From Selaginella moellendorffii (taxonomy: Eukaryota > Plantae > Lycopodiophyta): a DNA stretch of 64,000 bases. This document shows, piece by piece, positions 24,731-36,677 of the stretch. Each line of letters opens with the position of its first letter. Within the stretch, counting starts at the first letter, position 1. The translations under genes and the position numbers were made by a program. The stretch spans positions 814,108 to 878,107 of the forward strand of contig NW_003314334.1 in the NCBI RefSeq assembly GCF_000143415.4. The letters run 5' to 3'. The notes below the pieces were generated by a model that ran no database searches, had not been told where the DNA came from, and saw only the letters and a list, made by a program, of their open reading frames with translations.

Positions 24731-24959
24731 CATTTTGTTTATAAAATTCTTCTCTTGGAATCTATCCAAGTTTGTCGTTGCAAAAAAATAGCCAAGAGCT
24801 ACCCCATCGCTAGAAAATTGCTCTTGGCCATATCACTCCTCGCTGATAAATGCGTGCACAAGATGCATTTATATGGCTCGAATCAGAAGAGACAAAGGTT
24901 TAACGTGGTTACCAATCCTTACAACCCATGGTCGGTCGAAATCTTCTTTTTTTTCATAC

Positions 24960-25608
24960 TTTTCTGTTGCGCAGGGCTCTGTAAATCTAGGTGTTGTTGT
25001 TCATGCACCGCTTCTTCCTTCTCCCTTTCCCGAGGCTCTCTTCCAGCAAGCTCTTAACCTTGGATCGCATTTTAACACTCTCGTGAGCTCCGACAGTGAT
25101 TTCCGCAAAGTCTGTATATTTTCTGTACTTCGATTCTTGTTGCTCACTTTTTTTTTTATCCCAAACTGCTCGACATTCGCTGGAAGGTACGACCTGAAGG
25201 CATTGTGCACGTAAGATTCAGAGTTTCCTCATTCTGATTCTACTCCTGACTTGATCTATGCATTTTAGAACATACAACTTGGAATGTAGAGATAAACACA
25301 ATCTCATCTTCTTTCGCTGGCATTGGTTCACTTGGAAGTCAGATGCACAGGTCTTCACTCATGTTTCACAGTTGTAGATAATTTTTTGGTCGTTTTCTCA
25401 TGGACGTCGTTAAAAGAGCACCCCAGATGAGTTCCCGAGCACAAGTCAGCTGTTGCATTTGGTGATGTCTTGGGACTTACTTGGAAAGAATTTGGGAACA
25501 CGAGGTAAGTGGATGCATGCTTTTAAAAGCTACTGAAACCAGCACAGCTGTGCTCTTTGTTGTACAACCAAACGAGCGGAATAGTTCTGGCTGGAGAAAT
25601 ATCTTCAC
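24960..25608 (+). pseudogene. Glutathione synthetase pseudogene, 5' part, interrupted by the copia element
   Basis: GVVVHAPLLPSPFPEALFQQALNLGSHFNTLV (GSH2 N-terminal motif) through AVLFVVQPNER..WLEKYLH; resumes at 29923. Confidence 0.85.
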
Positions 25609-25696
25609 TGAGACAAATCGGGATCAAAGCGCACTGCGCTAGCGGACAGAACAGGAAAACCCTAATGGACACGTGGCGAGGGTGTGTCGTGTAACA
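25609..25696 (-). repeat. 3' LTR (88 bp)
   Basis: 87/88 identical to 29830-29917; adjacent to the polypurine tract. Confidence 0.95.
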
Positions 25697-28600
25697 CTCC
25701 CCCCCAAACCGAAGCCACTCACCAAACCAAATCTGTCATGTAGGAGCTGAAACTGGTGTGGCCCCAACGGCTTAGTGAGAAGATCGGCTGGCATATCCTG
25801 TGTCTCGAGATGTTGGATGGCTAGGGTGCCATTGTCAACCAACTCACGTACGTAGTGAAATTGGACTTCAATGTGCTTCGAGCGGGCATGGTGGACGGGG
25901 TTCTTGGACATGGCAATGCTGCTTTGGTTGTCACACCAAGAAGTAGTGGGGCCAGCTTGTACGCATCCCAGCTCAGCAAGTAACCCTCGAGCCCAGACCA
26001 CGTTCCTGCTACCAGTAGTGAGTGCGATGTACTCTGCTTCTGCACTAGAAAGGGCCACCACAGATTGTCACTTGGAGGCCCACGTGATGGCACCTCCTGA
26101 GAAGGAAAGGCAAATGCCAGAAGTCGAGCGATGACCTTTGTTGTTGGCAAAACTAGCATCCGTGTAGCATGCTAATGATGCATCACCCCCTGAATAAGCA
26201 ATGCCATAGTCCATAGTGCCCCGGAAGTATCTCACGATATGCTTGGCAGCTTGCCAATGTATGGTGGTTGGTGATGTGTTGTACTAACTCAAGGCAATAG
26301 CTGCATATGTGATGTTAGGGCGAGTCATCAGGGCCAAATATGTGAGGCAACCAATGAGATGCCGATAGGGAGTCCCAGTGGGTAGAGACTCACCAGACTG
26401 CTCAAGTACGAGGTTGATAGCACCAACGACCATCGGGGTCTTGACAAGGTGGCAATCACACATACCAAACCGATCCAGCAAGACTTCGACTTTACGTCGT
26501 TGGCTAAGCATGTAGCCACCAGAATCAGGATCACGTGTGACTTCAAAGCCAAGAAAGTAGGAGACTTGGCCAAGGTCCTTCATCTGGAATTGCTGGCTGA
26601 GAGCATCTTTCAGAGCATCAATGGCATCGTTGTCATCACCCATGATGAGCAAATCATGAACGTAGAGGGCCACAATAACCATGCACTCAGCATGACCATT
26701 GACATACACATTGTGATCAGCATGACAGCGACGAAAGCCTTGAGCACGTAGGGTGGCATCAAATTTTTGATACCAAATACGGGAGCTCTGTTTTAAGCCA
26801 TACAAAGCTTTTCGCAATTGCTATATAGGGCCACTAGGGGTAACATCATCCTCAAAACCAGGAGGTATATGCATATAGATGTCCTCTTGCAAATCCCCAT
26901 TCAGAAATGCAGTTTTGACGTCCATATGGTGGACTTGCCATTTGCGAGTAGCTGCAAGGGCAAAAAGAGTACGGAGGCTGGCCATTTTTACAACCAGTGA
27001 GAATGTTTCATCGTAGTCAAGGCCATGGACTTGGCGAAAACCGCAAACAACCAACCGTGCCTTATAACGTACAACCTGGCCATCTTTCCCATACTTTTTG
27101 GAAAAAATCCATTTTGGATCCAAAACACGTCGTCCCGGTGGCGCTGAATCAACTGGAACATAAGTTCCGTTAACCCGAATGGAAGAAACTTCTTCCGCAA
27201 TAGCTTCCATCCAAGATGAAGCCTCAGGTCCTGAGATGGCCTCATCATAAGTCATGGGAATGCCGATGTCAACAAGGCCACAAAAGTCATCAAGCTCTGC
27301 AGCATCTGCTTCAGCATTTTCCCAGACTTTTAACGAGGGCCGACGTTCCCGGGGGTGATCAAGAACTGGCATCGGATCAGGCATGCCACGACGTCGACAA
27401 GGTGGTGAAGGTGTCGGAGGCCTGTCCTCGACTGGAGGAGCATCAGCTGGTTCAAGCATGTCCAGAAGTGGAGGATTCCCCAATGGAATCTCTGGTGGCA
27501 ACTCATGAATAGGATCTTGAGGCGGAGGCAAGAGTGGACCATCTCCCATAAGTGGGATCAAAGGAACAAGTCGAGTCTCAGCAATAAAGGAAGGATCTTG
27601 AAGAGCCTCTGTACACATGGGAAAGTCATCTTCATTGAACATGACATCAGTGCTTACAATAGCCTTATAAGATGCAAGATCCCACAACTTGTAAGCTTTT
27701 CTCCCGATAGTGTCGTCTTGTGCATATCCCACGAAGATGAATTTTTTACTCTTGGGATCTAGCTTTTTCCGAAATTGATCAGGGGTATGTGTGTATGCTG
27801 CACAACCGAAGACCCGAAAGTGGGACACATCAGGAGTAGAACCTGTCCAAAATGCCTCAGGGGTTTTTCCATCCAAAGCAGCCGTGGCAAGGCGATTTTG
27901 TACAGGCATTGCTGTGGCTATGGCCTCTTGCCAAAACATCTTGTCAAGATGTGCATCAGCTAACAAAGCACGAGCAGCATTGACAAGAGTACAATTCTTC
28001 CTTTCTGCAACACCATTTTGCTGGGGGGTGTAGCGGGCTATAGCTTGCAGGCGTATGCCTACATCACAATAAATGCCTTGAAGCTCATTGTTGAGGTATT
28101 CACCACCACCATCAACTTGAAGAGCTTTTATCTTTTGACCAAGGAGGTTTTCAACATACGCCTTGTACGTTTGAAAGGTAGCAACTGCATCACTCTTATG
28201 CATCAAGAAGTGGATGCATGTTCGACGGCTATAGTCATCAATGAATGTGATGAAATATCTTGCGCCATCGTGACTTGGCATGTCCATAGGGCCGCAAAGA
28301 TCAGAATGGACTAAGTCCAGAAGTCCAAGTGCTCGATGCTTACTCGGTGAGAAATTCCGGCGGTGATGCTTGCCTAAAACACAAGCTTCATAAAATGTAG
28401 ATGGGATACGTCGGAAATCCAAGCCAATAACAATATCTTGGGACTTCATCCGTTGAAGAGATTGATAATGAACATGATCGAGTCTTTTATGCCAAAGCTC
28501 CGCACGAGAATCTGCCTCCACAGTCTAAAAGGCCTGAACTGGGTCGACAGCAGTAATCTCATACAAGTCCCCAATGCGTGACCCACGAAGCAATTGTGTA

Positions 28601-29829
28601 CCAAGCATATGAAAGTCGCTAGAGTCAACTAAAGAGACTCCCTTTGCATCAAAGACTACCACCACATTTTGATCACATATCTTGGCGACGGACATTAAGT
28701 TTCGTCGCAAGGTGGAAACATGCATGGCACCATCAAAGGCCATGGTCCTCCCATGATCGAGTGAGAGCCGGAATTGCCCGATGCCGTCCACAGGGATGGT
28801 GGTATTGTCACCTAAATGAACACCACGTTTTCCAATGCTCGGCTGATAACACTCAAAAAGACTCTTCTTATTGCTCATAAGATTAGTACAACCAGAGTCT
28901 AAGAGCCACCAGCTTGGTGCGGCAAATGCTTCTGCATTGTAGAGCTCCCCAACAGCCTCATTTGCAGTAGCAATTCCATCACGCTCAAGCAAATTGGCTT
29001 TTGCCAACGTAGCTAGTCGCTTGACAGGCTTGGGAGCAAGGCAATCTCGAGCCCAGTGGCCCATCTCCAAGCAGCGAGCACACTGATTCTTAGCAAGTCT
29101 AGGCTTGGCACGCCCAGATGCCACGGAATTTTGCCCTTTCTGGGCATTTGCAGCTGCATGCGGTTTTGCCACCTGGGCATCACCAGAAGCCTGCGAAGCA
29201 TACATAGCCTATGGCATTTCAGCTCTCTCACTTCGCATGGCCTCAATGTTGCAAAGACTCCTCACGGCATCTGCCCAAGTCATCCCTGGTTGGAGAAGCA
29301 GGCTCTCAACTGCATTCTTCCAGCTCGCTGGCAAGGAACTGTAGAGCCACAGCCTCTGCTGCTCATCCGTGAGATAGTGCTTCGCCCCAGCAGCCGCAAG
29401 TTGTGTGAAGAAGCCTTGGAGCTTGGCAGTGTGAGGCTGGATACTGCCATTTTCCTCTAGCCTTAAGGAATCCATTTGTGAATGGATGTTGAAGACATCC
29501 ATTTCACTCTTGGTGCCATAAGTGTCACTCAGCCACTTCCAAAGCTCTGCCGCAGTGGACTTTGGAATCGATAGGGCAGCAAAGAGGACATTTGAAGACA
29601 AGCACATCGCAATACTCCCTCTAGCCTTGGAATCCCAAAGGTTCCAATCACGCACCTCAGCAGCGCTAGAGCCTGGAGCCGGCGATGACTCTGTCCCATC
29701 TACAATCCCCAACAAACCATGAAACAAGAGATAGGATTCAAGATAGATCTTGAATCCCTCAAACCCTTCTCCATCAAACTCGCGGATGGATGGCTTTCCT
29801 TCCATAGCACTATCCCAGCTCCGATACCA

Positions 29830-29917
29830 TGAGACAAATCGGGATCAAAGCGCACCGCGCTAGCGGACAGAACAGGAAAACCCTAATGGACACGTGGCGA
29901 GGGTGTGTCGTGTAACA
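29830..29917 (-). repeat. 5' LTR (88 bp)
   Basis: Followed on the minus strand directly by a tRNA-iMet-type PBS and the gag ATG at 29805. Confidence 0.95.
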
Positions 29918-29957
29918 TTCACGAGCTGTATCATTTTTCTCTGTTCGTTGATGTTTT

Positions 29958-30870
29958 GTCTACTTTCGAGGCTTTTGTTCTCAGCAAGTAGCCACAATCC
30001 TTGTTGGTGATTTCTCTTTCGCCATTCCTGCAAAGAATCTGCAAAGAATTGAGAGAGGAAAAAAGAAGAAACAGGTCTGCGCTAAAGATTCCCAGCTCTC
30101 CGAGACTGTTTTCTCGGCGCTCCGCTCCTCCTCACATGAGATAAGACATGTACGTCGGTGGGAAGATGAGGATATAAGCCGAAAGCCCGGCTCCTCCGTG
30201 CTGCTTCGCTTTCACGGCGCTGCCATAGATGGTGTTTCCTGTGAGAAGCGAAAACGATGAAGAGAAACTTGGAAAGGCTAAACTCACCACCGCCTTCGCA
30301 TTGAGGTTTTAGAACAAATAGCTCGGGCTGTTTGTTGATGATCTCGTAACTCTCTTCGTTGAGGCCCTACAGCCCCGCAAAGAACTCACGAATGATCTCT
30401 GCGGCGTTTTTCTTGTCTTGAACAAACCTTGAAGTGTGCTGAAAACAAAGGATGGCAGTACCTTTCTAATACATTCGGCTTGGCAAGCTCTTGTTGCACT
30501 TTCTTGGTTCCAGCTAAGTGGTATGAGATCCATGGACATTTTATAACGCTCCAGCAGCAATCTCGCGTGCCATCCCTTGTAGCGAAACAAAACGAAAATA
30601 AAGAAATAGCCACGAATGACTGACATATACCAGCTCGGAAGGATCATCGGGTGCGTAGCCTGATCTGTAGTAGGCAACTGCGACAAGATGCCCATCACTG
30701 CAAAACAAAGAAAAGAGAAAAGCATAATTATAAGTGGACGAAGCATATATCCAAACAAAGATTGCACTCACACAGAAAGCGTTCCATTGGAAGAGAGCTG
30801 CGCTTCAGAATAAAGTTCAGTTAGCGTTCAATGAATCATACTGGCACCGTGACTGACTCAAAGTCATGGA
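29958..30870 (-). pseudogene. Glutathione synthetase pseudogene, internally inverted 3' part
   Basis: Minus strand [49 protein letters not shown]; the terminal GVAAGFAVLDS remains on the + strand at about 30873-30905. Confidence 0.88.
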
Positions 30871-31341
30871 AAGGCGTCGCCGCTGGCTTCGCTGTTCTTG
30901 ACAGCTTTTTGGAAATAAACAAGTGAAAAACTTAAGGGTAAATGATAATTCTAATGGATAATTGAAGAGCTGCCTTTTCTCACCATTTTTTGGAATTTGA
31001 ACTGCCAGGGCAGAGGTATACACTCCATTGAGAGGAATGAATAGATTGAAAAACCAATACTAATGCTCATGCTGCTTAATTTCCAAAATTCATTTTTAAT
31101 TTTTGTAAAATACCGTTACTCAAAATGAGTGTACTTATATTGACCTTTGACCTAAAATGTAATTCAAACTTCGCGTTCCACGGGGCGGCCGTTGACTCGT
31201 CATTCCAAATTAGTGTGTACGCGGAGCATCCAAGTACTATCACATTTTCGAGGTATATATATCATTCAAGGTAATTGTTCTTCATCACAAATCCAGCGAT
31301 CCACTCGTCTCCGATCAAAGATTTCATCCAGTTCTTCAACT

Positions 31342-31995
31342 ATGGCTCTCTCCAAATCTCACGCTGTCTCGATTGCTTTGCTTGCATTCTTCGTGTGCGC
31401 AGTAGTTTCATCCGATCCAGATCCACTCCAGGACTTTTGCATCGGAGATCTCAACGTCGTCCCCGGGATCAATGGATTCCCATGCAGGAACTCGTCCACA
31501 GTCACGGTGGACGATTTCATCTACAGCGGAATCGTCAACTCCTCCAACACCACAAACATCAATCGCTCCGGCGCAATCTTTGGAACCGTGGTGAGATTCC
31601 CGGGCCTCAACACTTTGGGTCTCTCCATCGCTAGGCTCGACTTTCTCCCGGAAGGGATCATCCCTCCACACACCCATCCCAGAGCCTCAGAGATGGTCTA
31701 CGTAGAAGAAGGGACCGTGTACGCTGCCATCGTCACAGCGGACAACCGCCTGTTTGCCCGAGTGATGAACAGGGGAGAAGTCATGGTGATTCCTCGCGGA
31801 TTAATCCACTGGCAGATGAACGTGGGAAGGACCAACGCGAAGATCATCGCCACTCTCAACTCCCAGCTCCCCGGAATCCAGTTCATTGCGAGATCCATGT
31901 TTGGATCCCGACCAGAGGTGCCGGATGAGGTGCTCGAGAAGACTTTCTTCTTGGACGAGCGTGGCATCAACCAAGTCCGATCCAACTTCGTATGA
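31342..31995 (+). CDS. Germin-like protein type A, copy 5
   Basis: 217-aa ORF from ATG 31342, germin boxes. Confidence 0.96.
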   Translation: MALSKSHAVSIALLAFFVCAVVSSDPDPLQDFCIGDLNVVPGINGFPCRNSSTVTVDDFIYSGIVNSSNTTNINRSGAIFGTVVRFPGLNTLGLSIARLDFLPEGIIPPHTHPRASEMVYVEEGTVYAAIVTADNRLFARVMNRGEVMVIPRGLIHWQMNVGRTNAKIIATLNSQLPGIQFIARSMFGSRPEVPDEVLEKTFFLDERGINQVRSNFV

Positions 31996-33578
31996 GATTT
32001 TGCCCCGTTTACAAAATTCTTTTCCTGGATTCTATCAAGAAAATAGCCAGACACATGGGCTCTTTCTCAGGTGTACATTTACAAGCATAAATAAAGCAAA
32101 AAGCTTCAGATCCAGTAAAGGTTGCATATAGATGGATAGATCAAATCAAAAGAGGCATCCTTCAGATGTTTTAATTTTAGACTTCATTGGAGGTTGATAT
32201 GAAGAAGTTGAGACACTTTCCCGTCTGTAACCTTGTGTTAAAATAATAAACACGAGTTTCCTGCAAATATCAACATTTCGCGGGTCCAGTCCCATGAAAC
32301 TCTTCACTTTTGATCGCTTACTCTTCTTCTTTTGGAGCCGCATCAATGCCTTGCAAAACTTCTGCCAACGAGGAATTCGACCCTTCAGGCAGTAATCCAT
32401 TCCTTGCTGCTTCGGCTTTCCCACCGGGTATGACTCCGTCGCGCTCTCTTCAGCTTATGTATTGTTGTTGCAGGATATCGATGCAATGGCGAGTCAGAAC
32501 AAGCATGAGGAAAGTGTAAGAGGAACTGTTTGATGTTCAGTGTTCAGACGATTATGCTCTGGCATGACGGCCAAAAGTGGAGGATACCATGGGAGCTGGT
32601 GGCTGATCCGAGTCTCGGCGGCGGCCTCGATCTCGCACCAGATACCGTCACCGACTGCCTTACCATCAGCTTGAGTGAGAATGAGTCCTAGAGGTTGGTG
32701 GTAGACAGCCAAGGAAAAGAAGAATTTCATTGCAAGGATTGGATCTTCTCCAGCGTCACCGGGCGTCTTCCTGATGTCATAGGAGAAACAGCGGCTCACT
32801 GCCTTGAACTTTTGTACTCGTTCAACTGTCCCGGCGACCTCCCGACTCTGTGTAGTACAATGTCTCGTACCCCTTGTAACACAAAAGATGCGAGTCCACC
32901 ATCTCCCAAACTGTCTTTCCAGAGCTCAACTGCATGAGCTCTAACGTCGTTGTCGTATTGTTACAAGCACATTACGTATACAGTCCCCCTGTACAGATGG
33001 ATCCCCAGTACTCGTCCGTTGGGAAAAGCTCGCTGTGGTCGGGTCACCTGCTTGCTTGTGGTGTCGCTGGTATTATCCGCACGTATGAACATTGGAGGTT
33101 CGGAGCAAGATATTGGATACGTTACAACTTCCACTGGATAAAAATTAGTCTACTTCGTTGGACGCTTGTTTGAATCTCATTGTCAATTGGGTGTCAATGG
33201 GTCACGAAGCTTAATGTATGCATACTTTACCTTGGTCATTGATCGTCATCGATCATTGAACGTTACCTTGGTCATCGATCATTGGACTTCGTAGCTGGTG
33301 AGAAATATGTTTTTAAAAGCAAAGTAAAATATATATTCCAGTTATTCAAAATGCGACTTGTACTTACTTTTCCCGCTGACCTTGACCAAAAACGTGATTG
33401 AAACTTCGTGTTCCAACATGGTGGCTCACTCGGCTTTCCAAATTAGTGTGTACGCGCAGCATCCAAGTACTATCACGTTTTCCAGGTATATATATATCAT
33501 TCAAGGCCATTTGGTTCTTCATCACAAATCCAGCAATCGACTCGTCTCCGATCAAGGATTTCATCCAGTTCTTCGACT

Positions 33579-34232
33579 ATGGCTCTCTCCAAATCTCACG
33601 CTGTCTCGATTGCTTTGCTTGCATTCTTCGTGTGCGCAGTAGTTTCATCCGATCCAGATCCACTCCAGGACTTTTGCATCGGAGATCTCAACGTCGTCCC
33701 CGGGATCAATGGATTTCCATGCAGGAACTCGTCCACAGTCACGGTGGACGATTTCATCTACAGCGGAATCGTCAACTCCTCCAACACCACAAACATCAAT
33801 CGCTCCGGCGCAATCTTTGGAACCGTGGTGAGATTCCCGGGCCTCAACACTTTGGGTCTCTCCATCGCTAGGCTCGACTTTCTCCCGGAAGGGATCATCC
33901 CTCCGCACACCCATCCCAGAGCCTCAGAGATGGTCTACGTAGAAGAAGGGACCGTCTACGCTGCCATCGTCACAGCGGACAATCGCCTGTTTGCCCGAGT
34001 GATGAACAGGGGAGAAGTCATGGTGATTCCTCGCGGATTAATCCACTGGCAGATGAACGTGGGAAGGACCAACGCGAAGATCATCGCCACTCTCAACTCC
34101 CAGCTCCCCGGAATCCAGTTCATTGCGAGATCCATGTTTGGATCCCGACCAGAGGTGCCGGACGAGGTGCTTGAGAAGACTTTCTTCTTGGACGAGCGTA
34201 GCATCAACCAAGTCCGATCCAACTTTGTATAA
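33579..34232 (+). CDS. Germin-like protein type A, copy 6
   Basis: 217-aa ORF, germin boxes. Confidence 0.96.
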   Translation: MALSKSHAVSIALLAFFVCAVVSSDPDPLQDFCIGDLNVVPGINGFPCRNSSTVTVDDFIYSGIVNSSNTTNINRSGAIFGTVVRFPGLNTLGLSIARLDFLPEGIIPPHTHPRASEMVYVEEGTVYAAIVTADNRLFARVMNRGEVMVIPRGLIHWQMNVGRTNAKIIATLNSQLPGIQFIARSMFGSRPEVPDEVLEKTFFLDERSINQVRSNFV

Positions 34233-34406
34233 GATTGTCCCGTGTATAAGATTCTTTTCTCCTTGTCTTTGGAGTCTATGCAAGTTTGTTGATTGCATTC
34301 CGCTGCAAGAAAGTAGCCGCGATGAAGCAACCAGAAAAGCAAAGATGCGCTGGAAAAGCTCCTCCGCTCAGCATCGATCTCTCGAAATAGGCCGAGCAAA
34401 ATTTAG

Positions 34407-36677
34407 TCACCAGTAATCTCCGCAAGAGCACGTCCCGTTGCTAAAGTGATGGAACCGGCTAGCGTCTCTCACGGTTATAGATCGTCCCACCATCTTGGAC
34501 ACAAACTTGATAGCCGAGTGGCAATCCCCGCACACCCGCAAGTTCTTGAGGATCCTCAGCGGCGACCCTTGCTCCGTGCTTATCAATCCAAAAGCCACAG
34601 CCATTTTCTCGCTGTGGTAGTGCAGCAGCTCCTCCTTCTGCTCCTCGCCAACGTCATGCAAGATCTCCTTTGTGTCGGGAACGTAGCCAGCGTCTCGCAT
34701 TTCTCTCGCCAGCCTCTGGAGCTCCACGACGATGTCTTCGCTGCGAGGATGCGAAAGATCCCCCACCACGAAACTGTGAACTTCACTGCCAACTTCGATG
34801 TTGCTGATCCCCGGAACTTTTCTCACTCGCCTCGACTTCATCAGGTTCCGGATCATCGATACCTTGTCCCTCCTCCCGATCGACGAGTACATGTTCGAGA
34901 GAACGACGTAGGCAGTCGTGTAGCCGGGCTCCAGCTCGAAGATCTTCGCTGCGACTCTCTCAGCACAGTCGGCATGGCGGTGGAGGCGACAAGCTCCCAG
35001 CAGCGACATCCATATCACCACGTCCGGAAGAAATGGCATCGAGTTGACGAGCTCCTCGGCGCTTAGAGTTCTTCCGGATCGACCCAGGATGTCGATCATG
35101 CAGCAGTAGTGTTCTCTCCTTGGCACCATCCCAAAGTCTTGGCTGATCGAGACGAAGTGTTCCCAGCCCTCGGCCACGAGACCGACATGGCTGCACGAAG
35201 TTAGAACGCTCCGGAACGTCACCTCGTCCGGCTTGACGCCATCGAGATTCATAAGCTGGAAGACTTCCACTGCTCGATCGTAGTGCCCGTTTTGCGCATA
35301 AGCCCACACCATGGTCGTCCAGGAAACCAAGCTGCGCATCTTCATGCTTTCAAACACGCTCCTGGCGGCGCCGAGATCACCCAAGTTGACGTAAACTTGC
35401 GTGAGTGCTGTCCAGCAGACGATGGTCTTGCGCGGGATCTCGTGGAAGAACCTCACGGCCTCGTCAAAATGCCCATTCTCGGCATACGCGAGGAGCATCA
35501 CGCTCCACGAGACTGGATTCTTCTCCGGGATTTTATCGAAGATGTTCTTTGCGAGGGCGACGAAGCCTTGGTGGCCGTAAGCCTGCACCATCGCCGTCCA
35601 CGTCACCACGTCTTGATCCGGCATGGTATCAAAGATCTCTCTCGCGGTGGCCAAATCCCCTCTTTGAGCATTCACCAATATCATCGTCGTTCGTGCCACT
35701 GCGTTGGTGAAGGGGAGACGATGGAACGCCCTGTCCGATTCTTCCAGGAATCCATTCTGCGCGTAGCACAGCAGTAGATTCGTCCACGACACGAGATCCT
35801 TGGCCGGCATTCGATCAAAGATCGATTTTGCTGCCTCAATTTGCCCCTGGTGCGCGAGCGCTGTGATCATCGAGTTCCACGTCACGGCCTGGCGCTCTGG
35901 GACGCGATCGAACATAGCCTGGCAGCCACGGATCCGAGATGCCGCCACATACGCGGCGATCATCGCGTTCCACGAGACAAGATCGCGGAACTCCATCCCA
36001 TCAAACGTGTTCTTGGCAAGCTCAAGATGCCCGGACTGGGCATAGAGTGTGATGAGCGAGTTCCAAGAGACCACGTCGTGATCCGGCATGGAATCGAAGA
36101 TCTTCTTCGCCTGATCGAGATTGGAGCTCCGGATGTAGGACTGCACGACCGCATTGCAGGACACGAGATTCCACTGCGACATTCGATCGAAGAGGCTCTT
36201 GGATCTCGCGATATTCCCCTCCCTGGCAAATGCGATCACCAGTGCGTTGCAAGAACAGACGTCGCGATGGGGCATTCGATCGAAGAGCCGAGCCGCGGCG
36301 TCGATTGAACCCTGCGCGGCATAGGCGTGGATCATCACGTTCCAGGTCGCGGCGTCGCGCTGGGGGATGCGATCGAAGAGCTCGGCGGCGCTGGAGGTGT
36401 GCCCGGCGGCGCGGCTGGCCTGGATCATCATGTTCCAGGAGTAGAAATTTCGGCGATCCATGGCGTCGAAGAGTGATCGCGCGTCCGCAGCGCTGCTGCA
36501 GCGCCCATACATCTGGATGAGGAGATTCGCGAAGAAAATGTCCTTGGCGGCACTCTTGTCGGGGAAGAATCTGGCGTGCAATCGCCGGGCCTGGAGGAGA
36601 TCCTTGCCACGGCCAGCAGCCCTCACGAGATCCGCCAGGAAATGCCGCTCTTCTAGCCCTGCGATCGCAGCAGTCAT
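34407..36677 (-). CDS. PLS-class PPR protein with E and DYW deaminase domains (organellar C-to-U editing factor)
   Basis: Long run of 31-aa PPR motifs, PG box (RKVPGISNIEV), HSE..CGDCH zinc motif, C-terminal CSCGDYW; intronless; probable start MTAAIAG. Confidence 0.94.
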   Translation of the reverse strand: MTAAIAGLEERHFLADLVRAAGRGKDLLQARRLHARFFPDKSAAKDIFFANLLIQMYGRCSSAADARSLFDAMDRRNFYSWNMMIQASRAAGHTSSAAELFDRIPQRDAATWNVMIHAYAAQGSIDAAARLFDRMPHRDVCSCNALVIAFAREGNIARSKSLFDRMSQWNLVSCNAVVQSYIRSSNLDQAKKIFDSMPDHDVVSWNSLITLYAQSGHLELAKNTFDGMEFRDLVSWNAMIAAYVAASRIRGCQAMFDRVPERQAVTWNSMITALAHQGQIEAAKSIFDRMPAKDLVSWTNLLLCYAQNGFLEESDRAFHRLPFTNAVARTTMILVNAQRGDLATAREIFDTMPDQDVVTWTAMVQAYGHQGFVALAKNIFDKIPEKNPVSWSVMLLAYAENGHFDEAVRFFHEIPRKTIVCWTALTQVYVNLGDLGAARSVFESMKMRSLVSWTTMVWAYAQNGHYDRAVEVFQLMNLDGVKPDEVTFRSVLTSCSHVGLVAEGWEHFVSISQDFGMVPRREHYCCMIDILGRSGRTLSAEELVNSMPFLPDVVIWMSLLGACRLHRHADCAERVAAKIFELEPGYTTAYVVLSNMYSSIGRRDKVSMIRNLMKSRRVRKVPGISNIEVGSEVHSFVVGDLSHPRSEDIVVELQRLAREMRDAGYVPDTKEILHDVGEEQKEELLHYHSEKMAVAFGLISTEQGSPLRILKNLRVCGDCHSAIKFVSKMVGRSITVRDASRFHHFSNGTCSCGDYW

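Larger units (their letters stand above)
25609..29917 (-). mobile_element. Full-length Ty1/copia LTR retrotransposon (4309 bp), inactivated
   Basis: TG..CA LTRs at 25609-25696 and 29830-29917; TSD TTCAC at 25604-25608 and 29918-29922; PBS TGGTATCGGAGC; PPT GGGGGGGAG. Single frame gag (CARCLEMGHWARDC), protease (WLLDSGCT), integrase (HSDLCGP, FIDDYSR, DGGGEY, PQQNGVAERKN), RT (YKARLV, MDVKTAFLNG, LYGLKQ, YVHD), RNase H (SSAEAEY, CDNQS). Confidence 0.97.

Noticed and set aside
26284-29211. Programmed TAG read-through in the copia polyprotein
   Set aside because: A TGA stop and a dead RT motif (YVHD) are also present, and contexts fit CAG/CGA/TGG point mutations.
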